From Alkalispirochaeta sp. (GTDB lineage Bacteria > Spirochaetota > Spirochaetia > DSM-27196 > Alkalispirochaetaceae), in contig OZ271854.1 in assembly GCA_965601925.1 (NCBI GenBank), forward strand, positions 3,680,001 to 3,744,000: DNA of 64,000 nucleotides. The letters are read 5' to 3'. The notes under the pieces were generated by a model. The model was not told the origin of the DNA, ran no database searches, and saw nothing but the letters and a program-made list of their open reading frames with translations. Of this stretch, positions 38,268-48,832 are shown piece by piece. The stretch's first letter is position 1, and each line of letters starts with the position of its first letter. The position numbers and the translations under genes are program-made.

Positions 38268-38885
38268 ATGGCGTTGTCCGCGAATGCCCTTGTCGATCTG
38301 AACACCGCGAAAGCGTGGCTCCCTCACTTGGTTCAGACGGCAGGGCCAGCGTCTAACTCGCTAACAGACGAGGAGATGGAGCGCTATATCGAAGCTGCAT
38401 CACAAGCCGCCGAGAGAGTATCTCGTCGCAACCTTGCGGCGCGGAACTATATCGATGTCTACAGCGGTCGTGGCCACAACGAGCTCCTACTGATGTATTG
38501 GCCCGTGATCGCCGTGACTGGTGTACGCATCGCTGCCGACGGAATGTTCGACGACGCAGTGGACGAACCATCCGACTCGTATGAGCTCGCCGACCAGTGC
38601 GGTGGTCTCATTCGACGAAGATCGTGGCCGACGGGATACCGGTCGATCAGAGTGAGCTACCGAGCGGGATACGAACTGCCAAGCGTCGGCGGGGTCCACG
38701 TGGTTCCCAGCGACCTTGAACGCGCGGTGTGCGAGGTAATCGATTGGATGAGGCAGCGAGATCTCAATCAAACCATCGGAATCCGCACAACCATCGGCGC
38801 GGATGGTCTCCAGACGAGCTATAGCCTCGATGTGCCGTTGTCGGCGCGCAGGGTGTTCGAGAGCTATCAAGAGGTGCGTATCTAA
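38268..38885 (+). CDS. Head-tail connector (adaptor) protein
   Basis: LVDL..AK, IEAAS...E, VSYRAGY, VPSDL. Confidence 0.75.
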   Translation: MALSANALVDLNTAKAWLPHLVQTAGPASNSLTDEEMERYIEAASQAAERVSRRNLAARNYIDVYSGRGHNELLLMYWPVIAVTGVRIAADGMFDDAVDEPSDSYELADQCGGLIRRRSWPTGYRSIRVSYRAGYELPSVGGVHVVPSDLERAVCEVIDWMRQRDLNQTIGIRTTIGADGLQTSYSLDVPLSARRVFESYQEVRI

Positions 38886-39271
38886 TGGCGACGCGACGGC
38901 GGAAAAACATCGTCGTAGAAGACCGGTCTCGAGAGGTGTTGAACGAGATTCGCGATACCGAACGACAGGTCATGAACAAACTGCGTCTGGAGGCTCTGGA
39001 GGAGCTTCAGACGCGGGGCCGGAGACACCAAGGGCCAACCGGAAACTATAACGCGGAGTTTTTCGCAGAAGTGGAAGACTCACATATCGGCTTGAGAATG
39101 GGGAACGCCGCCTCGCACGCCCATCTTGTCGAGCTCGGAACTGGGGTTCGTTCGACGGCTACCGGCGCGAATCGCGGCGTGATGCCGGCGTTCGGTGTCA
39201 TTAGAAAATCGGCGCTGGCATTCCGGCGCACGGTTTTCGACGCCGTGGAAAAGGCGCTAAAGCGTGATTAG
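38885..39271 (+). CDS. HK97 gp10-like neck protein
   Basis: PTG, HAHLVELGT, G.MPA. Confidence 0.7.
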   Translation: MATRRRKNIVVEDRSREVLNEIRDTERQVMNKLRLEALEELQTRGRRHQGPTGNYNAEFFAEVEDSHIGLRMGNAASHAHLVELGTGVRSTATGANRGVMPAFGVIRKSALAFRRTVFDAVEKALKRD

Positions 39272-39656
39272 CGACTCTGCTCTCTTGGTCCGCGATCACC
39301 TCGTTACGCTCCCAAAGGTCACCGCTTTGGTTGGCGACCAGGTCTTTGAAGTCGGCGACGCGCCCGACGGTCCGGGATCATGGGGGATTCTGGCTGCGGA
39401 GATCGATGGAGGGTATTCCGAGTCGCTGGTGCTGCGCACGCCGCTGGTACAGGTGACGGCGTTTTCAGCGGATCGATCATGGAGTCGGCGCGTTACCGGG
39501 GCTGTAATCGATACCCTCGGTGCGTTTTGCGGATGGATGGGCTCGGTCTGGGTCGTGTCGACCTATCAGGCCGAAGCGGAAACGAGAGAGGCGATAGGGG
39601 GCGTGTACCGGTGGGCATACTCTGCCGATTTCGCCCTCAAGTACCAAGGAGTATAG
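39264..39656 (+). CDS. Tail terminator/completion protein
   Basis: VTALVGDQVF; position before the major tail gene. Confidence 0.65.
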   Translation: MISDSALLVRDHLVTLPKVTALVGDQVFEVGDAPDGPGSWGILAAEIDGGYSESLVLRTPLVQVTAFSADRSWSRRVTGAVIDTLGAFCGWMGSVWVVSTYQAEAETREAIGGVYRWAYSADFALKYQGV

Positions 39657-39657
39657 C

Positions 39658-40455
39658 ATGTCTACAGCAAGGTATGAGGCGATCCATATTCCGAGCGGCT
39701 CGGTTGTGCGCATTGGCGACGACGTCGCCGCGATGATCGAACTCGGGGTTTTGTCCGGCGACTCGAGCGCGAACATCTCCTACGACTCGGTCAGCGTGGT
39801 CGGAAGTCAAGACGAAGACGTCATGGTCTACGTGAAGAACATGCGGGTTGAGGTGAGCTTTACCCTCATGCAGCTAATGACCGCGAACATCCAGCGGCTG
39901 CTCGATGGTGTCGCGACGATGGTAACCACAAGCGGAAATCCTGTGATCGGTGCCCAGCAGACCATTCCGGCGGGCTGGGTTGAGAACCGAATGATCCGCA
40001 TCGCGCGCCAGAATGCTGACGGCTCGAAACCGACAATCAGTAGTGTTGTCGCGGGCGGCCCTGGCACCGAAAACGACGACTATTTCGTCGTCCAAGCTGC
40101 GGACGGAACGTGGTACATCATGCTTCGCACAGACGGCACCGGTCTGTTCTTGACGAGCCAGGAAGTGACCGTCACATACGACTACACCCCGGCAGCATCG
40201 AACACGCTACGGATGGGCAGTCGATCGGCGGAGCTTAAACCCAAGATCGTCGAGGTAGAGAAGATAGTGCAAGGAAAAAAGTTCCGCGTGCGTCTGTGGT
40301 CCGCTCGGAACGAAGGGGGGCTTGAGCTAAGCTTCCCGGCCGCGAACAGTGACGACCCGGCTACGCTCCCGGTGACCGTCACCGGCAAGCTTGATACCAA
40401 TCGAGTTGATGGCGAGCAGCTGATAGACATCTACGACGAAATCGGAGTGGCGTGA
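39658..40455 (+). CDS. Major tail tube protein
   Basis: Beta-rich 265-aa protein; synteny. Confidence 0.7.
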   Translation: MSTARYEAIHIPSGSVVRIGDDVAAMIELGVLSGDSSANISYDSVSVVGSQDEDVMVYVKNMRVEVSFTLMQLMTANIQRLLDGVATMVTTSGNPVIGAQQTIPAGWVENRMIRIARQNADGSKPTISSVVAGGPGTENDDYFVVQAADGTWYIMLRTDGTGLFLTSQEVTVTYDYTPAASNTLRMGSRSAELKPKIVEVEKIVQGKKFRVRLWSARNEGGLELSFPAANSDDPATLPVTVTGKLDTNRVDGEQLIDIYDEIGVA

Positions 40456-40456
40456 C

Positions 40457-41070
40457 GTGCGGACGATAGACCTGAATCAGCGCGACCGGCCCGAGATAGA
40501 GATCTCGCTTTCAGGTCAAACGTGGCGACTTCGGCGCGTAGTGATGGCGACGTACCAGCTCTATCAGCAACTGGTTGCTGGAGCGGACGAGGCGCAGATT
40601 CGGGCCGCGCAGTTACATGATTATCTCGCCGCCGGACTCGCTGATGACGACGATGCGGCCGCGCTCTATCGTGAAATCAACGACGAGATAGAACTGCGTC
40701 AAGAACTCACCTACGACACGATAGAGTCCATTCTTGTCGCAAACGGATACGAGTTCGACCGTCGGTGGTGGGAAGAGAACAGCGATCGGCATGAGCAACA
40801 TGCGTTTATCGCTGCAGCCATGAACAAAGACCTGCAGAACGTGCCAGCCGGTAAAAAAAAAGCGGATGGTTGAGCTGGGAGCGAGTAGCGCTCGTCGTGC
40901 GCAAGCACTTCGGCGCGCGGTTTGACGAGTTCTGGTGGGAATGGGATTTCCCACAGATGCGTAGCGCGATGGAGTTGACGAGCAAATCCGAAATCGAGTG
41001 GTGCTACGTCGAGAAATGGCGGAGTCAAGACCTTATGAAGATACCGCAGGTGAAGGTGACACGTGCCTGA
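40457..41070 (+). CDS. Tail assembly chaperone G (40457-40873) with -1 frameshift extension GT (to 41070)
   Basis: A9 run at 40853-40861 just before the stop; the -1 frame is open to 41070; directly upstream of the tape measure gene. Confidence 0.75.
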
Positions 41071-43384
41071 TCGAATCATCGGCCGCCTCGCCTACAAGAT
41101 CGTCGGCGACGATAGAGAGCTCAGCAGAGCGCTCCGGCGATCGGTGCGAGAGCTCGATAAGACCGCTGATCGATTTCAACAGATCGGTGGTCGCCTGTCG
41201 ACGTTTGTCACCGCCCCAATCGTCGCCGCAGGCGGAGCCGCCGCCAAGGCCGCAAGCGACCTAAATGAATCGCTGAACGCTGTCAATGTGGTGTTCGATG
41301 AGTCTGCTGAACAGATTACTGCATGGGGACAAAACGCCGCAACGCAGGCGGGGCTTGCGCAGTCTGAGTTCAACCAAGCAGCGGTCCGGCTTGGAGCCTC
41401 TCTGAAGAACGCCGGCATCCCTGTTGACGACCTCGCAGATTCAACGATTGAGCTCACGCAGCGCGCCGCCGATCTTGCCTCGGTGTTCAATACCGATGTC
41501 AACGATGCTTTGTCGGCCATCGCGTCGGCGTTACGCGGCGAAGCCGACCCTATCGAGCGTTTCGGCGCCACGGTTAATGCCGCGGCGGTGGAGGCTAAAG
41601 CGCTCGAGCTTGGCCTTGCCGCCACCCGGTCTGAAATCACGGAGCAGATCAAGGTGCAAGCGCGCCTTGCGGTGATCATGGAGCAAACCGCCGAGGTACA
41701 AGGTGACTTCGCGCGTACGGCTGGCGAGGCGGCCAACCAAACGCGGATCGCACGGGCCCAGGTACAAGACCAGGCGGCCGCGCTTGGGCAACAGCTCCTA
41801 CCCATTTGGCAGGCGATCATCTCGGAGGCGCTGGAGCTAATCTCTGCCTTTAACGAGCTGGATGAGTCACAGAAGCGGCTCATTATCCAGATTGCGGCCT
41901 CCGCTGCCGCGATGGGCCCGCTCAGCGTCGCGATTGGTACCACGATCAAAGCGGTAAACACACTTCGTTTAGCCCTTGTTGCTCTCGGCGGTACATCCGG
42001 CTTCGGGTTACTTCTGGTAGCGGCGGCGGCAGTAGCGACCGCAATTCACGCGATCAGCGAGCCATCGCGCGAAGCGCGCGAGTCTCTCGCCGATTTGGCC
42101 GAGCAATCCGGTATAACGGCCCGCGAGTTGGACGGCGTTGCTCGCGCGTTGAGTGAGGCGGAACACTTCGCGCAATCCATCGATGACGCAGAGGAGGCGG
42201 TCCGTCAGATCGCGGACGCATCGGGTCGTACGGTCGCCGAGGTTCTTGAAATTGGCATCGCCTCCTCGCGGATTGGCGACGAGTTTCGCGCGCACCTCGA
42301 GCTTATTCAGGAGCAGAATGCGCTGCATGAGGATCAAGTCGAAGACATGCGGCAGCTTCGCGACCTGCAGCGTCATCGGGCGTTAGCCGCGCGTGACGAG
42401 CGGGTGGAGCAGGAGGCTATCACCGCCGAGCTGGAACGGCAACAGCTCCACCAACAGACATGGGAGGAATACTGGGAAGGCATTAACCAGCAGTGGCGCG
42501 ACTTGGGCGCAAATACCGAGGTGTATCGCCGTAACTTGGAAGCGATCGCCGAGGTGGAAGATCCTGACCAACGTCGCCGACTTCTGCAAGAGATGGAGCG
42601 GATGTTGGACTTGAATGCGGGCATGCTAACCCAAGAGCAGGCGTTCCCGGTCACGGCAGCCGCGCGCCTTGGCTTACTAAAAGAAATCCGCGTACTTCTG
42701 GCGGGCATTACGCAGGAAGGAGAGGCGCAGAAAAAGGTTGCTGACGATCTCAAAGACTCGACCGAGGCGCAACGCAACCTTGTGGCAGACTACAATAAGC
42801 GCTACGGCGAGCTCGCTGAGGTTGTTGTTTCGATTGCTCACGACTCCCAAGACTGGACGGCAGAGTTCGAGAGCCTTGCGTCACAGGCCGGACGGGCGTG
42901 GGGCGGCATCTTTTCCGGTGTTGGTCAGGCAATTATCGACACGGAAGCTGGGCTCGAATCAATCGGCCGCGCAATGGCAAACCTGTTCACTGGCATCCTC
43001 GAAACACTCGGGCAGCAGTTTGCGGCGATGGCCGCCGCCGCGCTGTTCGGCATGCCTCCTACCTTCATCCCGAACCCAGGTCAGGCCGCCGCTTACGGCG
43101 CTGCGTCGGCTGGGTTTTTCGCGGCGAGCGGACTGGCTGGTGCTATATCAGCGTTCGGCGAGGGTGGGTCATTCCTTGCAAACCAACCAACCCTTGCGCT
43201 CTTCGGCGAGAATGGGCCTGAAACGGTCGACATCCAGCCGGTTAAACATCCGGGCGTGCCAGGGGCATACGCGGGTGGGCAGTCGATCCATATCCACGGG
43301 GATGTGTATGGATACGATGATTTCGCCCGAAAGGTCGAACAGGCAGGGCGCCGCTCAAATCGTCTCGGGAGGACCGGTCGATGA
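41063..43384 (+). CDS. Tape measure protein
   Basis: Ala-rich helical protein; TQRAADLASVFNTDV, ALRGEADPIERFG, C-terminal GENGPE. Confidence 0.88.
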   Translation: MPDRIIGRLAYKIVGDDRELSRALRRSVRELDKTADRFQQIGGRLSTFVTAPIVAAGGAAAKAASDLNESLNAVNVVFDESAEQITAWGQNAATQAGLAQSEFNQAAVRLGASLKNAGIPVDDLADSTIELTQRAADLASVFNTDVNDALSAIASALRGEADPIERFGATVNAAAVEAKALELGLAATRSEITEQIKVQARLAVIMEQTAEVQGDFARTAGEAANQTRIARAQVQDQAAALGQQLLPIWQAIISEALELISAFNELDESQKRLIIQIAASAAAMGPLSVAIGTTIKAVNTLRLALVALGGTSGFGLLLVAAAAVATAIHAISEPSREARESLADLAEQSGITARELDGVARALSEAEHFAQSIDDAEEAVRQIADASGRTVAEVLEIGIASSRIGDEFRAHLELIQEQNALHEDQVEDMRQLRDLQRHRALAARDERVEQEAITAELERQQLHQQTWEEYWEGINQQWRDLGANTEVYRRNLEAIAEVEDPDQRRRLLQEMERMLDLNAGMLTQEQAFPVTAAARLGLLKEIRVLLAGITQEGEAQKKVADDLKDSTEAQRNLVADYNKRYGELAEVVVSIAHDSQDWTAEFESLASQAGRAWGGIFSGVGQAIIDTEAGLESIGRAMANLFTGILETLGQQFAAMAAAALFGMPPTFIPNPGQAAAYGAASAGFFAASGLAGAISAFGEGGSFLANQPTLALFGENGPETVDIQPVKHPGVPGAYAGGQSIHIHGDVYGYDDFARKVEQAGRRSNRLGRTGR

Positions 43385-46300
43385 GTTGGCGCTTTCAGAT
43401 CAACCCCGGAACCGGTTGGGTCGATCTCACGAACTATAACGGCCGCTCGCTGGTCCCGCGCGAATCGATCGAGCTGAAGCGGGATTACCACAACAAGGGC
43501 AGGAGCACGATCGATACGCTATCGTTCGAGCTCATCGGAGTCGACGGACCGCTGGTTCAAGCGCTGTACAATCAAAAGACGTATGAGCCCATTGACATTA
43601 TCGTGGATCGTGACGGCGGTCGCTACTTCACTGGGTATGTGCGTCCTGTAGACGACTACACCGCCCAGGCCGAGGGTGTTGTTGAGACGACAATTGCGCT
43701 TGAGGCGGTCGATAGGTTGTGGGTCCTCCAGCACGCCTTGACCGCCCCGTATCGTCGTACGGATGTCACTGTAGAAACCATGACGCGCGAGCTCCTGGTG
43801 CTTGGCGGGATATCGGCAGGCGACATCCTGTTTTCAAGTCCGCTTCCGCAGAACATCGTGACCGTTGATCTTAAGGCTGGCGACCAAGAGTATCTCGAAA
43901 TCCTTGATGAACTCCTCTACGAGTTTCACCACTGCCTGCGCGCGAGTCAAGACGGCGTGGTAGAAATCGTCAACTGGAAGGACGATCCCGCAATCAACCC
44001 AGTGGGTCAGTTTTCGGAATCCATCGAGGCGATATCATCCGCGAAGACCGATGACGACTACGGGTATGTCAGGGTGAACCACTACCAAGCTACGCAGATC
44101 GGCAGTGATGATAGCACCGGCACGGTGTTGCTGCATGAGTCAAAAGTGTGGGGGCCGTCGGCCAATGGACATTTTGACGATGACGACTCAGCAACCTACG
44201 TAGCACGTCTCAACTTTAACATCGCTGACGACGCTGAAATACTTAACGTCTCGAATCTGCGCGCGACGTTTCGGCACAATAGGCTTGTGAACGGTGGGGC
44301 TGATGACACGGGCGTAGGGACATGGACGCCATTCCAAATACGGAGCTTTGACGGCAGGCTGATTCTCATCGAGTATATCTGGACCAGGAGTCATATCCGC
44401 TTTAGGCTTCGAGCCAGCGTGCGCCTGACGTACAACGATGCTGACAGAACCGTTACGGTTCAGGTCGATTTCGAGCGTAGGATTCGCTGGCAGCCGCGAA
44501 ACACTGGACGTAGAGACGAGTGGGATGAATGGGATTACGGGTTCAAGGTCATTGATTTTTCTGTAGAAATCACGGGATCGGCTACGTATCGCCAATTCTC
44601 TGAGTCCGTCACAAAGAGAACGTCGGGAGCCGGCGCGGCGAACGCGCGCACCGAGATTTATGACGCGGAGTACATCTACGACAGCTCCGACGGTTCATCG
44701 CTTGCGACGGCAATTTTACAACTGCGGCAGTACGGAAGCAAAGAGTGGGCAATTCGCTCCGCTGCCTACGTCCCGGTCGGAGCCGTCGTAACTATCGTAT
44801 CCCTGTGGGGTCTCAGCGTTCGTGCCCGCGTGCGTTCGCTCCGAGATAGTCAATCCAACGCCGGCGATGATGGCTATCAGGAGTACGAATATGTATGCGA
44901 AAGTCTGGAATCCGCTGGCGTTGTCGATGTTCCCGGGGTTTCCAGCTCACCATCAATCCCCGCGTTTCCGGTGCCCCGTGGTAAAGGAGACCAGACTCCT
45001 ACTTACGATGAAATAGTTGGTGGAGTTGACGGCTCGGGAGCCCTTACGAGCTTGCCCACGCCTGTGGTCGCCGCAAGTGCGACGACGAGGGCTGTATCGC
45101 TTGCCATAGCCTACGCCGCCGACATTACAGCCGGTAGTCTTCGAGCGGAACTACAGATAAGCAAAGACCAAGCCAGTTGGTTTGCGCCCGGCCCAGGGGG
45201 AGACGGGATTGATAGCTGGCGCGCCGGAGTCGCCGGCGATTGGCTTGAGATACCGACGCTCTCGTATAACCATGACCGTTTACCGCTTGCCGGCGACGCC
45301 GCGAACCCGCTTCAGACCACCTACTACTATCGAGCGCGGATTCGCACTGCGCCACTTGTGTCTGAGTGGTCGGCGCCGGTCCATGTCGTCGTGTCGCCGT
45401 CTCTGGAAGGCGATATTGGTGCCAAGACAGTAACGGCCGAGAAGATCTCGGTGGAAGATCTCGAGGCATTGGGCGCGGACATCGCGGGCTGGAAGATTCT
45501 CGAACACATGATCGCCTCACCTGACGATACCATGCGGTTCCGCGAAGACAGAAAGCGTGTTGAGATACTCGACGATCTCGGCAACCTGAAGGCGGCGTTG
45601 GGGTATCTTTCGGGTGTCGCAACCTTCGATGCGAATCAGTACGGTCTTTATATCGCCCCTGGCAATGCGGTCCGGCTCGATGGCGGCATTGCCTTGGGCC
45701 AAGGCGATTCAGCCGTCCAAAGCGACGCGTCCATTACAATCCTCGACAGTTTGCAAAACACTGTTGGTCGATTCGGCTCTCTCGGAGAGGGTGAGGTAGG
45801 GCTGTTGTTCGCAAACCGAAATCGGTTATGGCGAATGGTTCTTACTGGCTCGTCGCTCCGTTTTGACTCATTAGGGGGAACGGAATGGCTCACCCAAGGG
45901 AGAATCGGCGGCGACGACGGCGGAATATCCTCAACGGTCGCGTGGCTTAGGGGATTGATATCGCCTGCTGCGGATCTTTCGCAATACGATATCGGTCTTC
46001 CGCCACCCGCCGGCGCTCGCGTGTTTAGCTTCGACAACACGTATACGGATCTCGGCGGCGCCGATCCGTTTACGGTGAAGACGAACCTCATCTTTACCCC
46101 GTCGGAGCGGCGTTTCGGGACACATTCGCTTCGCCACAACGGCTCCGATGGCACGCTTACGGCGCCGGCCCTGGTGCGGAACGATCAGAATTGGAGTCTC
46201 AACGCGTGGGTGCGCCGCGGGCTGTTTGATCTCGAGGCGCAAGCGCGAGCAGAGTTCAGTGTCCAAGCGGTAGGGGATGTGGCGGGCAGCTTACACGAGA

Positions 46301-48363
46301 CAGTGTTTCAATATGAGCGGTTAGCTGGGTTGCCGACACCGGTAGTGGAGTCCGTTGCGGTACAGATGCTGGTGACCGGTTCGTTTATCGTTTCCGATAC
46401 CCCGACGCTGGGAGGGTCCGCGCCGGGCGTCGCGTATTCTCCGGATGGACAGCTCCTGGCGGTCGCCCATTTAGGAGTTCCTTATCTAACCGTTATTGAC
46501 ACCACGACCTGGACCGTCGTTGCTGGTACGCCGACGCTGCCGGGGGCCGGTTACGCCGTTGCGTTTTCCCCGGACGGTCAGTCCCTGGCGGCTGCTCATT
46601 CGGGCCCGCCGGGTCTGACCGTAATCGACACCACGACCTGGACCGTCGTCGCAGGCACACCGGCGGTTGACTTTATAGCGTTCGCTGTCGCGTATTCTCC
46701 CGACGGTCAGTCCCTGGGGGTAGGCCATTTCGCTGCTCCTCGTCTCACAGTAATCAACACCACGACCTGGACCGTTGTAGCTGGTACGCCCTCGCTTCCA
46801 GGGACCGCATCGGGCGTCGCGTATTCTCCTGACGGTCAGTCCCTTGCGATCGCCCACTCAGAGATCCCCTATCTGACCGTAGTTGACACCACGACCTGGA
46901 CCGTTGTATCTGGTACGCCCTCGCTTCCAGGGACCGCATCGGGCGTCGCGTATTCTCCTGACGGTCAGTCCCTTGCGATCGCCCACTCAGAGATCCCCTA
47001 TCTGACCGTAGTTGACACCACGACCTGGACCGTTGTATCTGGTACGCCCTCGCTTCCAGGGACCGCATCGGGCGTCGCGTATTCTCCTGACGGTCAGTCC
47101 CTTGCGATCGCCCACTCAGAGATCCCCTATCTGACCGTAGTTGACACCACGACCTGGACCGTTGTATCTGGTACGCCCTCGCTTCCAGGGACCGGTCGCG
47201 CCGTTGCGTTTTCCCCAGACGGTCAGTCCCTGGCGGCTGCTCATTCGGGTTCGCCGGGTCTGACCGTAATCGATATACGGCGGCCTCCACTGACACCTCC
47301 GGTCGGGTATGACGCAACGATACCCGCGGAAGTCGCTGCGGGCGCCGCGGCAGGCGATGTAGCGATGGCCATTGCGGGCGCATTATCGAGCGATCTCGCC
47401 ATCAACGTGGGTGTCCTCGCTGACACTGTCACGATCACTCAGACCAACGTGGGCGGGCCGTTGTCCGCCGCTGATGTGGATAGTGGGTTTGCGATCAGTA
47501 CCACCCGGCCGGGTTTCTACATGGAAACCGACCCGCCGGTGTTGATGGAAATCGGTTCCGACATCGCGATATCGCACTATGCGGCGGATGGCGAAAGCGG
47601 TCTGTCGCTGTTCGTTTCGGGCCAGTATAGAGGCTTCGTGCCGGTGTTCGCAGATGGGTGGTCGCTGGTGCACGTCGAGCATATTGCCTACGGAGACACC
47701 GTTCTTTGGGTTAACGGCCAAGAGGTTAACGCAGGCAACTCCCTGAGCGGAGGCCCGCAAGACGTGAAATGGCTTCTCGCGTCGGCGCTCGACACTCACA
47801 TCGGTATGATGCTGGTTCTCCCGGAGTCGCTACTCGACCGCATGCTCCTATCGCTCTTTTACAGTTCAGGGGTGCCGTGGGGCGGCGGCATCGACTACCT
47901 GCGTGATCTCCTGTTCGCGCCCGCAGTGGGTGGCAGCGTACATATGGGAGGTGCTCTTAGCGTTGACGGTGCCCTTAGCGCTGATGACGTTGCCACGGAC
48001 ACTGCAACGATAAACGCAGGTCTCGTTGTTGGCGGGACTACGACAGTCGGCCACGTTAGTGGCAGTGGGACGTTTACCGGAAACAGAACGTTCTCGGGCA
48101 TCGTGAACTTCAGGAACAACCCAATTCGCGGATCACATTCCGTGCCTGCGGGTGTTGGATCTGGGGCGTGGACCCCTCCACGCGGCCTGTATAACTTCAC
48201 GACTCGTCTCAGTACGACCTTCAAGTGTGATTTTATCGGTGCGCGCGGCGATGGCGGCGTCATGACCAAAGCCTCGGATCTCGGGACCATGATAGCGACC
48301 GGATCAAACCAGTTGGAAAATACAAGAGGGGCCGCTGTGACTGCGTACTACGAGAGGTACTAA
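43381..48363 (+). CDS. Giant tail tip / receptor-binding protein (hub, FN3-like, LamG-like with an inserted 7-repeat beta-propeller)
   Basis: 1660 aa after the tape measure gene; TTYYYRARI..SEWS; seven VAYSPDGQ repeats. Confidence 0.8.
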   Translation: MSWRFQINPGTGWVDLTNYNGRSLVPRESIELKRDYHNKGRSTIDTLSFELIGVDGPLVQALYNQKTYEPIDIIVDRDGGRYFTGYVRPVDDYTAQAEGVVETTIALEAVDRLWVLQHALTAPYRRTDVTVETMTRELLVLGGISAGDILFSSPLPQNIVTVDLKAGDQEYLEILDELLYEFHHCLRASQDGVVEIVNWKDDPAINPVGQFSESIEAISSAKTDDDYGYVRVNHYQATQIGSDDSTGTVLLHESKVWGPSANGHFDDDDSATYVARLNFNIADDAEILNVSNLRATFRHNRLVNGGADDTGVGTWTPFQIRSFDGRLILIEYIWTRSHIRFRLRASVRLTYNDADRTVTVQVDFERRIRWQPRNTGRRDEWDEWDYGFKVIDFSVEITGSATYRQFSESVTKRTSGAGAANARTEIYDAEYIYDSSDGSSLATAILQLRQYGSKEWAIRSAAYVPVGAVVTIVSLWGLSVRARVRSLRDSQSNAGDDGYQEYEYVCESLESAGVVDVPGVSSSPSIPAFPVPRGKGDQTPTYDEIVGGVDGSGALTSLPTPVVAASATTRAVSLAIAYAADITAGSLRAELQISKDQASWFAPGPGGDGIDSWRAGVAGDWLEIPTLSYNHDRLPLAGDAANPLQTTYYYRARIRTAPLVSEWSAPVHVVVSPSLEGDIGAKTVTAEKISVEDLEALGADIAGWKILEHMIASPDDTMRFREDRKRVEILDDLGNLKAALGYLSGVATFDANQYGLYIAPGNAVRLDGGIALGQGDSAVQSDASITILDSLQNTVGRFGSLGEGEVGLLFANRNRLWRMVLTGSSLRFDSLGGTEWLTQGRIGGDDGGISSTVAWLRGLISPAADLSQYDIGLPPPAGARVFSFDNTYTDLGGADPFTVKTNLIFTPSERRFGTHSLRHNGSDGTLTAPALVRNDQNWSLNAWVRRGLFDLEAQARAEFSVQAVGDVAGSLHETVFQYERLAGLPTPVVESVAVQMLVTGSFIVSDTPTLGGSAPGVAYSPDGQLLAVAHLGVPYLTVIDTTTWTVVAGTPTLPGAGYAVAFSPDGQSLAAAHSGPPGLTVIDTTTWTVVAGTPAVDFIAFAVAYSPDGQSLGVGHFAAPRLTVINTTTWTVVAGTPSLPGTASGVAYSPDGQSLAIAHSEIPYLTVVDTTTWTVVSGTPSLPGTASGVAYSPDGQSLAIAHSEIPYLTVVDTTTWTVVSGTPSLPGTASGVAYSPDGQSLAIAHSEIPYLTVVDTTTWTVVSGTPSLPGTGRAVAFSPDGQSLAAAHSGSPGLTVIDIRRPPLTPPVGYDATIPAEVAAGAAAGDVAMAIAGALSSDLAINVGVLADTVTITQTNVGGPLSAADVDSGFAISTTRPGFYMETDPPVLMEIGSDIAISHYAADGESGLSLFVSGQYRGFVPVFADGWSLVHVEHIAYGDTVLWVNGQEVNAGNSLSGGPQDVKWLLASALDTHIGMMLVLPESLLDRMLLSLFYSSGVPWGGGIDYLRDLLFAPAVGGSVHMGGALSVDGALSADDVATDTATINAGLVVGGTTTVGHVSGSGTFTGNRTFSGIVNFRNNPIRGSHSVPAGVGSGAWTPPRGLYNFTTRLSTTFKCDFIGARGDGGVMTKASDLGTMIATGSNQLENTRGAAVTAYYERY
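46426..47275 (+). repeat. Seven 129-bp (43-aa) tandem repeats; 46781-47194 is a perfect tandem
   Basis: GGGACCGCATCGGGCG recurs at 46801, 46930 and 47059. Confidence 0.92.
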
Positions 48364-48373
48364 AGGAGGGTAC

Positions 48374-48832
48374 ATGGCACTAACGCTCACCGAGGGCACA
48401 CGACCATCGACGCTGGATTTGATGTCCCGCGTCATCGGCGCCCCGATCGGGTATGCACGAATCGTGAGTTGGCACGTCAGCAGGAGTGACCCATCATTTG
48501 TCGCGACCTTCGATCTTTTCCTGTCGGCCGCGCATGCCGCGCAGTGCGATGAGAGTAGCCAGCAGACACCTATGAACTATGAATGGGGATGTACCCTCCG
48601 CGCGCCCGAGGATCTTGCGACCCTCGCTCAGACTGACGATCGAGAGGTGCTTTATAGGCACGTAGAGTATCTCCTCCACTATCAGGACGCCGAACGTCGC
48701 TATCGCGAGAGCCCTGCCGACTTCGACACGGAGGTTGAAGAGGCTGTGTTGGTGGACCTTGAGACGGCTTTAGGCATTCAGTCCTTGTTTCACACCGCGT
48801 CTTTCGTCCGGGCTCATGGAGTCGTCCAGTAG
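48374..48832 (+). CDS. Phage hypothetical protein (possible tail fibre chaperone)
   Basis: AAGGAGG RBS; position. Confidence 0.6.
   Translation: MALTLTEGTRPSTLDLMSRVIGAPIGYARIVSWHVSRSDPSFVATFDLFLSAAHAAQCDESSQQTPMNYEWGCTLRAPEDLATLAQTDDREVLYRHVEYLLHYQDAERRYRESPADFDTEVEEAVLVDLETALGIQSLFHTASFVRAHGVVQ

Noticed and set aside
46426..48363. Diversity-generating retroelement acting on the tail protein
   Set aside because: No reverse transcriptase gene and no separate template repeat were seen; the repeats are in-frame tandem coding units
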